Shown: piece by piece, positions 19,091-28,106 of the stretch | Layout: each line of letters opens with the position of its first letter | Numbering within the stretch: position 1 is the stretch's first letter | NCBI GenBank assembly: GCA_963808235.1 | Contig: CAWEEQ010000003.1 | Coordinates: 48,629 to 112,628 of the forward strand | Direction: 5' to 3' | Length of the DNA stretch: 64,000 bases | Source: an uncultured delta proteobacterium | GTDB taxonomy: Bacteria; Desulfobacterota; Binatia; Binatales; Binataceae | Notes under the pieces: model-generated | Told to the model about the DNA's origin: nothing | What the model saw: only the letters and a program-made list of their open reading frames with translations | The model's database searches: none | Made by a program: the position numbers and the translations under genes

Positions 19091-21775
19091 CTAGTACCGA
19101 TTGCCCTTGCCGCTCAGACTGACCACCTGCGGACTGTTGGTGGCGTTATCGTGGAGCGGCAAGTTGCCGGATCGCTTCCCCATGGCAGTCGGACGGAAGG
19201 TAATGCTGATTGTGCACGTCTGGTGCGCAGCCAGATCGACGCCGCAGGTATTGGTTTGCGTAAAGTCGCCAGTAACTGGCATTGCACTGAATTTCACCGA
19301 TGCGCCGCTGTCGTTGATCACCTTCAAGAGCCTGGGCGGACTTATGGTGCCAACTTTCTGAGCGCGGAATTTCAAGTTGGCGGGAGAGACTAACAGGGCA
19401 CCGGGTGTGGCCGTGGCAGTGGGCGTCGCAGAGGCGGTCGCCGTTGCGGTCGTGGTGGGGGTCGCGGTGGGAGTTGGAGTCCTGGTCTTAGTCGCCGTAG
19501 CTGTCCGAGTCGCCGTAGCTGTCCGAGTCGCTGTGGCTGTCCGAGTCGCTGTAGCCGTCCGAGTCGCTGTAGCCGTCCGACTGGCAGTCGCCGTTGCAGT
19601 TGCGGTTGTCGACGGCGTACCGGTGGGAGACGTGGTGGGTGACGGCGTGGGCGTCGCGGCTGGCGTAGGCGTCGGGGGCGGAGCGGAACTGCTGATGAGC
19701 AGGATGTGCGCCTGGTAGGGCTGGAATGTCGAGGAGAAGGTCGTGCTGGTATCGGTCGCACTGCTGATACCGGTGTCGTAGTCGATAACGCTGGCCGCCG
19801 GCTGCGCGAGGGTGAACTGGGCGGTGACCGGAGAGGCGCTGTGGTTGTACGCGAACAGATAGCGGGTTCCGTCGGCGCCGACCTTGGTCTTGGTGAACAC
19901 GGTGCCGGTTTCGGAGTTCGCGCTGATCACAGTGGCGTCGGGGCTCACCAACACCGGCTCGAGCGATTTGATCTCGGTGGTTACGTTGATCAACTCCTGG
20001 TACAGCGCTGCCTTCTCGACCGGATCTTTCACCCACTGCAGCGCGCGCTCGCCATAGGACCAGTAGAAGAGGCCAGTGGCACCCTCGACGATCGCAATCC
20101 AGCTCATGTCGTGCAGTTGCTGCTGGGTGGGCCATGGCGAGGTCGAATACATCTGGAAGAACTGGATGACGGTCCACACCGGGCGCGCGCCGTGACCCGC
20201 CTGGTAGGCCGCGCGAGTCCAGTCCGCAACCAGGCCAAGATCGTTTCCGCTGGGGCGCGAGATCGGATACGGATCGACGCCCAGGATATCCACCGAGTCC
20301 TTCCAGAACGGGAGGTCGTTGGGATGGTCGATCACCGCCAGGTTGAAGCCGGAGGGATCGGCGGCCTTGATCAGCGAATATTGGTGGAAGGTTTCCGGCT
20401 GCACCGCCAGCGCGGGCTCGTCCTGAGCGTAATAGCCCACCACTCCGGGGTCGGACGACAAGGTGGAGGCATAGTCGGTAATCAGCTGATCCTGATCATC
20501 GGTGCCGAACTCCTTGGCGACTCCGGTCGGAAAATTCTTGTTGTTGGTATAGTAGCTGCCCACGTCGGGGAGAAAGGTCATCCCGAATGGGCGCATCGCC
20601 GTGGTGTAGGCGGTGATCGCCTGGGTCGGCGCATTGGTGATGTAGTAGTTGATAATCATGTTGATCGGCGCCTGGGCGATCGCGGCCAGCTCCGCCTGGT
20701 AGTAAGCGGCGCTGTCCGAATAGTTGGTGGTGTCGTAGATTCCGAGCACGAAGTGCGGATTGCCATCGATGAAATGGGCCATGTTGGCCGGGTCGATCCA
20801 CGCCTTCATGCCCGAGCGCGCCGCCGCGTCGAGCTTGACGATCGCGTAGGGGCTCTGCGCGATGAGCACATTGCCGCTGCCATCCTCGAGCTTCCCCGCC
20901 AGCTGATAGGTCCCCGGCGGCAATGCTCCCATGTCGAGGGTGCCGGTAAACTCGGCCGACGCGGGAGTGAAGGTCTGGCTGGCTACGGTATCGCCGCCGG
21001 CGTCGACCGCGTCGATTTCAACCCGAAGGCTCTCAAGCGAGGTTCCCGCCGGCGGGGTGACGGTCAGGTCCAGGCTCGCGACCTGGCTCTGATCTGAAAA
21101 CATCAGACCGCGGTAGTTCGGGTAGAGCAGAAACATCCGCAGTCCCGGCGGTATCTCCTGCTGCAGCGACAAATTTGCGAACCATGCGCTCCCGCTCATT
21201 GGATAGCCGTAGGCCCACAGGCGCACCGATGAGGTCTCGCCCGCGGGGACGACCAGATGCGGCATGGTGATGGTGGACCAGTCGGTGGTGCCGTTTACGG
21301 CCGGGGTGCGCCCGGACTGCATCAGCGCGAAAACCGCGCCGTCGCCCGCATTGCCGTTGGTCAGGCCTTCGGTTTTGATCTGGCCGCTGAGCGTATAGAT
21401 CTGTCCGCCCGCCACCGTAACTGAATTCTTTGCCACCGGCGGGTAGGGCCCGCAGGTTGACGGTGGAGTAAGCTCGAGACTGACCGCTCCATTCGGAGCC
21501 GGCGTGGTCGAATCAAGGCCGAAGCAGGAACTGGGTACTATCCAGCCGCTAGTTCCTTGTGAGAAGTCGCCGTTCGCCAGCAGATTGGAACTCAACGTCC
21601 AGCCCACTTCCGGCGCGGTCAAGCCGCCGTCAACTACCGCCTGCGCATTGGCACTAGCTACACATCCCAGTGACAGCGCGCAAAGTGTTAGTAGTAAGAC
21701 AAAACATTTTGTTAACGCCGCGGTAGCTAATGACTGAATACCCAGGTGTTTGCCTTGCCTGCACTCGCGATTCAT
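19091..21775 (-). CDS. Secreted glycoside-hydrolase-like protein: CBM-like domain, Ig, TIM barrel, Thr-rich linker, C-terminal ASH/choice-of-anchor-D domain
   Basis: Signal peptide; NLLANGDF...GW; GYYAQDEP, GVDPYP, PVWTVIQ, GATGLFYWSY; TATATR linker; SPQVVSLSGKG. Confidence 0.8.
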   Translation of the reverse strand: MNRECRQGKHLGIQSLATAALTKCFVLLLTLCALSLGCVASANAQAVVDGGLTAPEVGWTLSSNLLANGDFSQGTSGWIVPSSCFGLDSTTPAPNGAVSLELTPPSTCGPYPPVAKNSVTVAGGQIYTLSGQIKTEGLTNGNAGDGAVFALMQSGRTPAVNGTTDWSTITMPHLVVPAGETSSVRLWAYGYPMSGSAWFANLSLQQEIPPGLRMFLLYPNYRGLMFSDQSQVASLDLTVTPPAGTSLESLRVEIDAVDAGGDTVASQTFTPASAEFTGTLDMGALPPGTYQLAGKLEDGSGNVLIAQSPYAIVKLDAAARSGMKAWIDPANMAHFIDGNPHFVLGIYDTTNYSDSAAYYQAELAAIAQAPINMIINYYITNAPTQAITAYTTAMRPFGMTFLPDVGSYYTNNKNFPTGVAKEFGTDDQDQLITDYASTLSSDPGVVGYYAQDEPALAVQPETFHQYSLIKAADPSGFNLAVIDHPNDLPFWKDSVDILGVDPYPISRPSGNDLGLVADWTRAAYQAGHGARPVWTVIQFFQMYSTSPWPTQQQLHDMSWIAIVEGATGLFYWSYGERALQWVKDPVEKAALYQELINVTTEIKSLEPVLVSPDATVISANSETGTVFTKTKVGADGTRYLFAYNHSASPVTAQFTLAQPAASVIDYDTGISSATDTSTTFSSTFQPYQAHILLISSSAPPPTPTPAATPTPSPTTSPTGTPSTTATATATASRTATATRTATATRTATATRTATATRTATATKTRTPTPTATPTTTATATASATPTATATPGALLVSPANLKFRAQKVGTISPPRLLKVINDSGASVKFSAMPVTGDFTQTNTCGVDLAAHQTCTISITFRPTAMGKRSGNLPLHDNATNSPQVVSLSGKGNRY
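19491..19580 (-). repeat. 5 x 18-bp tandem repeat encoding (R)TATAT units
   Basis: gtcgccgtagctgtccga-type unit repeated five times on +. Confidence 0.85.
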
Positions 21776-22183
21776 AAGTCCCCTCCCTGTCGGCGATCGT
21801 CGCCGAGCCGTTTGCGAGACTCGGCGTGCGCGACAACGCGCGTCGAATCAGCCCCCGGAAATTTCACTGGGTATGCGTTCAGTTGGCGCCGAAAGTGTTC
21901 ATTCCAACTGAACCAGAGATATGGAGAGATTGTGACTCGGAGTTTCGCTTCAGGCTCGAAATATTCTCGGAGCAGAGCCTTCGTCTCGGTGCGAGGTCAA
22001 ACCTGCGAGACGTTGTGACCAGGATTCCTAACGACTCAGGCAACTGCTGGCCCTCAAGCACCGCAAACCCCGAGGTTGCGTGTTCCGAACTTGTGACTCA
22101 CCGTCAATCGGGAAGGAGGAAGGTTCAATGCCTCATTGGCAGCATGCAGATGTTCGACGCGTAAGATCGTCGATTCGCTGGCT

Positions 22184-22216
22184 AGCGCGCCGCCGCAGCA
22201 CATACGGCGGCGCGCT
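22184..22216. other. Perfect 12-bp inverted repeat with 9-nt loop in the long intergenic region
   Basis: AGCGCGCCGCCG-cagcacata-CGGCGGCGCGCT. Confidence 0.6.
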
Positions 22217-22529
22217 CCAGTTCGCGATGAACTCCGTTTCCTCGTGCCTCCTTGGTGTTCGGTCACAAACGAGGCGTGCAGCCAGAGTGAACCGAATGTT
22301 CAGTCCGCCTGCATCTCTAGGTTCAGCGCCCGAGCAAACGCTAATGATCCAGCCCGGTTGTGGACGCCCACGCCAAGTGTCGTAGCCGTAGGTAACGCGA
22401 TGCCGATCTTAAGGCGGCGGCCTGAAGATCAAGCACCACTCGGTGTCAAAAAGACTTGACGTGAGTTGAGCGCTGTTGGATCGTTCTCAAGTTCGACACA
22501 CCAGACTTGGGGGAGGTCGTCGGAACGAG

Positions 22530-24707
22530 TTGTCGGCACAGAGGCCAGTCAAGGTTGCAATCATCGGCGGTGGATGCGGCGCGATTGCCGCAGCTTTCGA
22601 GCTAAGCCGTCCCGCGCACCAGGGCAAATATGAGATAACCGTCTACCAACTCGGCTGGCGTCTCGGCGGCAAGGGAGCGTCGGGGCGGGGACCTGCTGGT
22701 CGAATTGAAGAGCACGGTTTCCACGTTTGGTTTGGCTTCTACGAAAACGCATTTCGCCTCATGCGCGAATGCTACGCCGAACTAGGTAGAGATCCGCGGA
22801 CATGCAGGATCTCGGATTGGCGAGATGCCTTTTTTCCGGCGCCATTCATCGGAATCGCCGCGCAATCGGAAGCTGGTCCCTCCCAAACATGGTTGTCCTA
22901 CTTTCCCGCGGCTGAAGGCCTGCCGGGTGATCCGCCGACCAACACTCAACCGTTCAGCATATCGTCCTACCTGGCACATACCGCTTCCGCGTTGCGATCG
23001 ATGCTAATGGCAGGAGAGTCGCTGGCCACAAAACAGCGGGAAGATGCGCGGACCGAAAACCAGCCGACGGACTCCCTGAATGCGTTTCTCAATATCGGAA
23101 GCGGGCAACCCGAAGACCTCACAATGCGGATCGCGCGCCTTCTCAAATATGGCCTGCTAGCGACGACCGCAGGCATAGTTGAAGGACTCGGACTCCTTCG
23201 CGTGATGTTCGAACGACTCGCAGTTTATCCTCAGATCGTTCTACCCTTTTTGGAAGCGATCTCGTCCGCGGCCCGACAACAAATCGAACCTCTCTTCAGT
23301 CGCGATCCTGAACTGGCTCTGGTCTGGCAGGCTATCGATCTTGGGATGACTGCGATGCTTGGAATAATCAGGTTTGGGCTGGTTTCCGATCCGAAAGGGT
23401 TCGACGCCATAAATGACTACGACTTTCGGGAGTGGATGCGTATCAATGGTGCATCTGAAACCACCATCAACTCCCCTCTGGTTCGCTCGTCGTACGATCT
23501 TGCAATGGCCTACGAGGACGGCGATTACAGCCGGGCTCGTCACGCGGCCGGCGTCGCTCTGCGGGGCTCCCTTCGATTTCTGTTTACCTACCGTGGCTCT
23601 CTCGTATGGAAAATGCGCGCTGGCATGGGAGACGTAGTGTTCGCACCATTCTACGAAGTGCTCAAGCGGCGCGGTGTCTCCTTCAGATTTTTTCATCGGC
23701 TCCAGAACGTGAAGCTGGCTCAAGCGGAAGATCCACGTTCGGGTAAACACGGTCATGTAAAGGAACTCCGGTTCGGCGTCCAGGCTGAAGTGCGTAGCGG
23801 CGATTACAATCCCCTGATTGATGTCGACGGTCTTCCTTGCTGGCCATCGACGCCCGACTATTCGCAGCTGGTAGACGGTAGCGAGCTGAGGGGCCAGAAA
23901 TTCGAATCACACTGGGATATGCGCACGGTCGGGACCAAGGTCTTGCGCGTGGGCGAGGATTTCGACTTCGTCGTTCTGGGTATTGGCCTTGGTGCGATTC
24001 CTTTCGTTTGTCAGGACCTTATCGAAAGGGACGAGAAATGGCGCAATATGGTTACTCGAATCAAAACCGTTGAGACCCAGGCCTTCCAGCTCTGGCTGAA
24101 TGAAGGTATGGAATCACTCGGCTGGAATGGACCGCCGATCTCGATGTGTGGCCTGCCCCGACCTTTCGACACCTGGGGCGACATGAGACATCTCATTTCC
24201 GAAGAGAAATGGCCGGTGGCGCCCAAGGCGATCGCGTACTTTTGCAGCGCGCTTACTGACCCACCTGATGCAGGGCTCAAGTCAAGCGATGCTGACTACG
24301 AATCAGGGCGCAGAGAGCAGGTCCGCAAGAGTGCGATTGGATTTCTCAACAATGAGATTGGTCAGCTCTGGCCGCACGCCATCAGGCATCCTGGCAAATT
24401 CAGGTGGGAGCTGTTGACCTCGATGAACGGTTCGGACGTCCGAGAAGAAGCTCGTTTTGACACACAATTCTGGACCGCGAACGTCAATCCCTCTGACCGC
24501 TATGTGCTCTCTCTTCCGGGTACGCAGAAGTATCGAATTTCTCCTTTGGATAATACCTACGACAATTTGACAATCGCTGGTGACTGGACCGCTTGCGGGT
24601 TGGACACCGGGTGCGTGGAGTCTGCCGTCATCTCGGGCCGGCTGGCCGCTCATGCGATTTCCAAGTATCCTGCGTTGACCGAGATTGTCGGCTATGACCA
24701 TCCCTGA
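22530..24707 (+). CDS. FAD-dependent oxidoreductase, amine-oxidase superfamily (phytoene desaturase/HpnE/CrtU-like motifs)
   Basis: VAIIGGGCGA, RLGGKGAS, EEHGFHVWFGFYENAF, NLTIAGDWT...VESAVISG. TTG 22530 chosen for its upstream GGAGG; the ORF is open from 22476. Confidence 0.85.
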   Translation: MSAQRPVKVAIIGGGCGAIAAAFELSRPAHQGKYEITVYQLGWRLGGKGASGRGPAGRIEEHGFHVWFGFYENAFRLMRECYAELGRDPRTCRISDWRDAFFPAPFIGIAAQSEAGPSQTWLSYFPAAEGLPGDPPTNTQPFSISSYLAHTASALRSMLMAGESLATKQREDARTENQPTDSLNAFLNIGSGQPEDLTMRIARLLKYGLLATTAGIVEGLGLLRVMFERLAVYPQIVLPFLEAISSAARQQIEPLFSRDPELALVWQAIDLGMTAMLGIIRFGLVSDPKGFDAINDYDFREWMRINGASETTINSPLVRSSYDLAMAYEDGDYSRARHAAGVALRGSLRFLFTYRGSLVWKMRAGMGDVVFAPFYEVLKRRGVSFRFFHRLQNVKLAQAEDPRSGKHGHVKELRFGVQAEVRSGDYNPLIDVDGLPCWPSTPDYSQLVDGSELRGQKFESHWDMRTVGTKVLRVGEDFDFVVLGIGLGAIPFVCQDLIERDEKWRNMVTRIKTVETQAFQLWLNEGMESLGWNGPPISMCGLPRPFDTWGDMRHLISEEKWPVAPKAIAYFCSALTDPPDAGLKSSDADYESGRREQVRKSAIGFLNNEIGQLWPHAIRHPGKFRWELLTSMNGSDVREEARFDTQFWTANVNPSDRYVLSLPGTQKYRISPLDNTYDNLTIAGDWTACGLDTGCVESAVISGRLAAHAISKYPALTEIVGYDHP

Positions 24708-24722
24708 AACGGCGAGAACGGC

Positions 24723-25436
24723 ATGAGCGACCGCGAGCGCCTGCGTCGAGAAGAACCGGAGAGAACCGGTCCCATACGCAATTTCTCCGGTCTATACCAA
24801 TGGTCCGGTTCTGAAACCCGCTCTGCCAAGCCATCCTCTCCGAGTAGCGGTTCCGACGAAGGGCCGGAAGATTCGCGTGAAGAAAGTGTAGGTCTTGCTT
24901 ATCGCGTGATTGAGAAACATATAAGCGACGGCAAAAAGAGCGCCGGACAATTCAACAACAAGTCGTACAATATGAGCGCGCTGACAGATGGATTACAGGA
25001 CGTTCTGGAACGCACGATCCGCAGCCAGATCGAGTTGATTCCAGGATGGATCGACGCGCTTGGTTCTGCCTTCCGGGTCGACCCGGCGCGAATGCCCTAC
25101 CCGCCGGCATCACCCGCTAACTCCCAATTCAACGGCGCTGCCAAACAAGCCTCGAAGCCGATATCGATTGAGGTCGCCTCGGTCCGGCCGGTGCGCGTTT
25201 CAATCAATTTCAGTGAAAACGGCGAGCCGCTTCCCGTGGTCTCTCTCCGCGATGGTCTTGACGAAACCAAGCCCCAACTGAGCGGGGTCAGCTTTGCATT
25301 TGACGCCGCGTCGGGGGAAATGAAGGTAAGGATTTCGGTGCCCGACAACCAGCCTCCAGGCGTTTATTCCGGGGTGATTGTAAGCCGGGAAACGGGCGAG
25401 CCTCTGGGAACTCTGAGCGTGCAAATTGCGGGTTAG
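24723..25436 (+). CDS. Hypothetical protein with C-terminal beta-sandwich-like region
   Basis: 15-bp and 25-bp gaps to neighbours; C-terminal VPDNQPPGVYSGVIV...GTLSVQI. Confidence 0.7.
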   Translation: MSDRERLRREEPERTGPIRNFSGLYQWSGSETRSAKPSSPSSGSDEGPEDSREESVGLAYRVIEKHISDGKKSAGQFNNKSYNMSALTDGLQDVLERTIRSQIELIPGWIDALGSAFRVDPARMPYPPASPANSQFNGAAKQASKPISIEVASVRPVRVSINFSENGEPLPVVSLRDGLDETKPQLSGVSFAFDAASGEMKVRISVPDNQPPGVYSGVIVSRETGEPLGTLSVQIAG

Positions 25437-25461
25437 TTAAGATCTCAAAGCAGGCGATGCG

Positions 25462-26496
25462 ATGACCTCCGGCAACGGTTCAGGTCTGGTTTCCACGATC
25501 TTGCGCGAGTACGGCAGCCTGACGCGTGCCGCACTAAAGGAATACCTGCCCGAGCGGGAACCGCGTCGCTATCTATACGATCTCCTCAACGACTATCCGC
25601 AACGCGGCGGCAAGATGATGCGACCCAGCTTGTGCATCGCTACCGCTCGTCTGTTCGGTGCGCCGATCGAACAAGCGATCCGTACCGCGGTTGCGATTGA
25701 ACTGCTGCACAACGCATTGCTTATTCACGACGATATTGAGGACGGCAGTGAAAGGCGAAGAGGAGCCCCTACTCTTCATCTGCTGCACGGAGTGCCACTC
25801 GCCCTCAATGCCGGTGACATGCTGTCGCTGATGGCTCTCCGCCCACTACTCGACAATCGCGGCTTCCTCGGCGACCAGCTCGCACTTCGAATTCTCGAAG
25901 AGACCGAGCGAATGGCGCGCGAGTGTGCTGAGGGTCAGTCGATGGAACTCGGCTGGCGTCACTACAACGCGACTGAAATCGGTGACGGCGAATACCTGGA
26001 GATGGTGCTGAAGAAGACTTGCTGGCTGGCAACCATTTTCCCGATTCGGGTTGGCGCGTTAATAGGCAGCCGCGGGACCGCCGATCTGGAAGCCTTTTTG
26101 CGCTTCGGATTCTTCCTCGGCGCCGCCTTCCAGATTCAGGACGACCTGCTCAATCTGGTTGCAGATGAGAGCTACGGCAAAGAGCGCGACGGCGATCTCT
26201 GGGAAGGCAAACGGACGCTGATACTAATCCATGCCCTTCGTGAGTCGACTTCTGAGGAACGGGAGCGGCTCTGTGCCGCGTTATGCGGTTCTCGGGAAAA
26301 ACGACTGGCAGGAGAAGTGCAATGGATGCGCTCGTTGATCGATAAGTACGAGGGCGCTCGCTATGCGCGCCGAATCGCCCAGGAACTGGCCGGCGCTGCG
26401 CTTCATGAGTTCGAGCTGCTAGCCGGCGGACTGCCCGATTCGCGAGACAAGGTGTTCCTTGGACGGATGGCAACCTGGGTGATCGAAAGAAACTGA
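25462..26496 (+). CDS. trans-Polyprenyl diphosphate synthase
   Basis: GGKMMRP, FARM HDDIED...RRG, GQSME, KKT, SARM FQIQDDLLN, DLWEGKRT. Confidence 0.93.
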   Translation: MTSGNGSGLVSTILREYGSLTRAALKEYLPEREPRRYLYDLLNDYPQRGGKMMRPSLCIATARLFGAPIEQAIRTAVAIELLHNALLIHDDIEDGSERRRGAPTLHLLHGVPLALNAGDMLSLMALRPLLDNRGFLGDQLALRILEETERMARECAEGQSMELGWRHYNATEIGDGEYLEMVLKKTCWLATIFPIRVGALIGSRGTADLEAFLRFGFFLGAAFQIQDDLLNLVADESYGKERDGDLWEGKRTLILIHALRESTSEERERLCAALCGSREKRLAGEVQWMRSLIDKYEGARYARRIAQELAGAALHEFELLAGGLPDSRDKVFLGRMATWVIERN

Positions 26497-26501
26497 AGGA
26501 A

Positions 26502-28106
26502 ATGCATATGGCAAATGCAAATCAACAAACCGGAAGAACGTTGCCCAAATACAACGATGCACTCGGCGACTTTCTGAGACTTCCCGCGCAGATACCCCAA
26601 ACATACACCGATGTTCTGACGCAGGTGTATCCATTGCCGGCCGATATTAGCGCGCTCAAGACGTTCTGCGGAAATTTTCTCAATCAGCAAGAGCCTTGCG
26701 CATGGATATTCGAACCAGCGGCGCCATGGGTCGTTATGCAGGTGTGCAACTACGGCAAGATAGCTATGACCTCGCAGAACGTTGGTTGGGTTTCCCAACA
26801 CGAATTCGCTTTCGGATTTCCTGTGGCATGGTACGAGAAGGGGAAAAACGGAGAGCGGAAGTTCATGGATTGGGCAATGGTCTATCCATATATCTGGGTG
26901 GACGACCCGCTGTCGATGTCCCTGGGTCGCCAAGTCTATGGATGGGCCAAGGCTGGGATCGTACTCAATTGGCCCCGGCCCAACCTTGAACCGAACACGC
27001 GGAGCCTGGTGAGCATCGACCTTAAGGGTGGGCCTGGGGGCTCCGGCGTGGACGACCAAACACGCCCGAGATTTCTCGAGATCCTTCAGCATCAGCCCGT
27101 GCTGTCCGGCAGATCGGGATTTGCAACGCTTAGCTCGCTGCCGGCCCGGATAATGGGCACCTATTTGTCGGCCGCGTCCGGCATGCTGGGCACATTCAAC
27201 AGCATGATCAGTGGCTATCAGGAGCGCCTATCCGGTTACGCAAACACGCAACAGCCGCTGCAGGGTCTTATCAGGGAGTCCGCGAATCTAACTGGTCAAA
27301 CTCTGCGATGGAACAACTACCTCGAAGAATTTTTGTCTGGCGCCCGCGATCTGACCCTCGCGCAGGAGCGGGTTTTGGGGATGCCGGTCGGGTCGGACGG
27401 CATCGAAGCTATACTGAGAAGCACCGCTGGTAAAGTCAGAATCATCACGCAGAAGCAAGTTCGAGACGCCGCGTGCCCCGACGATGCCGGCTTCAGCGCG
27501 CTTGTCGGCTCGACGATCAAGTACAGCCAGCCCATCGATGGCGGGCTCCTGCTTTCCGATCCCTTATCCCCGGATTCGAGCGGCGGCATTCAGATCTGTC
27601 TCCGCGATGATTTCGGCATCGTTGGCAGCCTTGGCCTCAAGCATCTGGACAGTGTGGATAACAACGCCCGCTGGTCAGTGCGCAGGCTACGGCCGGTGAT
27701 GCCGTTCTGGGTGAAACTCAACATGTCCTACGATTCGGCGGACTGTCAGACTTGGCGCACGAGAGGTACGGACTGGGCGATTGATTATCGAAGCCCCGAG
27801 CCTGATCCGCCGTCGGGTGGGGGTGCGTCACTCGGACAACCGCAACCAGAGACCAGGCGATCGAGTTCCCGAATTGAAGATGCCGACAAACTTCCTCGCC
27901 TCGAGTATATTCCGTGGGGCAGTGGTGCTTCGCAGGAAATCGCGGGTCCCATGAAGGCTGCGAACTTCGGCTTGTGGGTCTATGGTCTGGAGGCAGACGG
28001 GGAGACGCTTAAAGCATTGTGCAATGAGTACCTGAATCAAGCGGAAGGTGGTCAGTCGTTCCATCAATTCGAGGTCAGTCCGCCATCAAAAGGGATGGCT
28101 TCCTGA
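26502..28106 (+). CDS. Acetoacetate-decarboxylase-like protein, N-terminal part
   Basis: YPYIWVDDPLSMSLGRQVYGWAK (ADC-like Lys motif), KQVRDA; a second similar domain starts near the end of the ORF. Confidence 0.7.
   Translation: MHMANANQQTGRTLPKYNDALGDFLRLPAQIPQTYTDVLTQVYPLPADISALKTFCGNFLNQQEPCAWIFEPAAPWVVMQVCNYGKIAMTSQNVGWVSQHEFAFGFPVAWYEKGKNGERKFMDWAMVYPYIWVDDPLSMSLGRQVYGWAKAGIVLNWPRPNLEPNTRSLVSIDLKGGPGGSGVDDQTRPRFLEILQHQPVLSGRSGFATLSSLPARIMGTYLSAASGMLGTFNSMISGYQERLSGYANTQQPLQGLIRESANLTGQTLRWNNYLEEFLSGARDLTLAQERVLGMPVGSDGIEAILRSTAGKVRIITQKQVRDAACPDDAGFSALVGSTIKYSQPIDGGLLLSDPLSPDSSGGIQICLRDDFGIVGSLGLKHLDSVDNNARWSVRRLRPVMPFWVKLNMSYDSADCQTWRTRGTDWAIDYRSPEPDPPSGGGASLGQPQPETRRSSSRIEDADKLPRLEYIPWGSGASQEIAGPMKAANFGLWVYGLEADGETLKALCNEYLNQAEGGQSFHQFEVSPPSKGMAS

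Noticed and set aside
22345-22377. IS3-like terminal inverted repeat (TGATCC...GTGGAC)
   Set aside because: Only a loose resemblance; no partner repeat or transposase remnant found
27653-27661. Perfect DnaA box TGTGGATAA
   Set aside because: Single copy inside a coding region; no box cluster or AT-rich unwinding element
28086-28097. Programmed -1 ribosomal frameshift at TCA AAA GGG
   Set aside because: Not an in-frame X XXY YYZ heptamer, and two further shifts would still be needed
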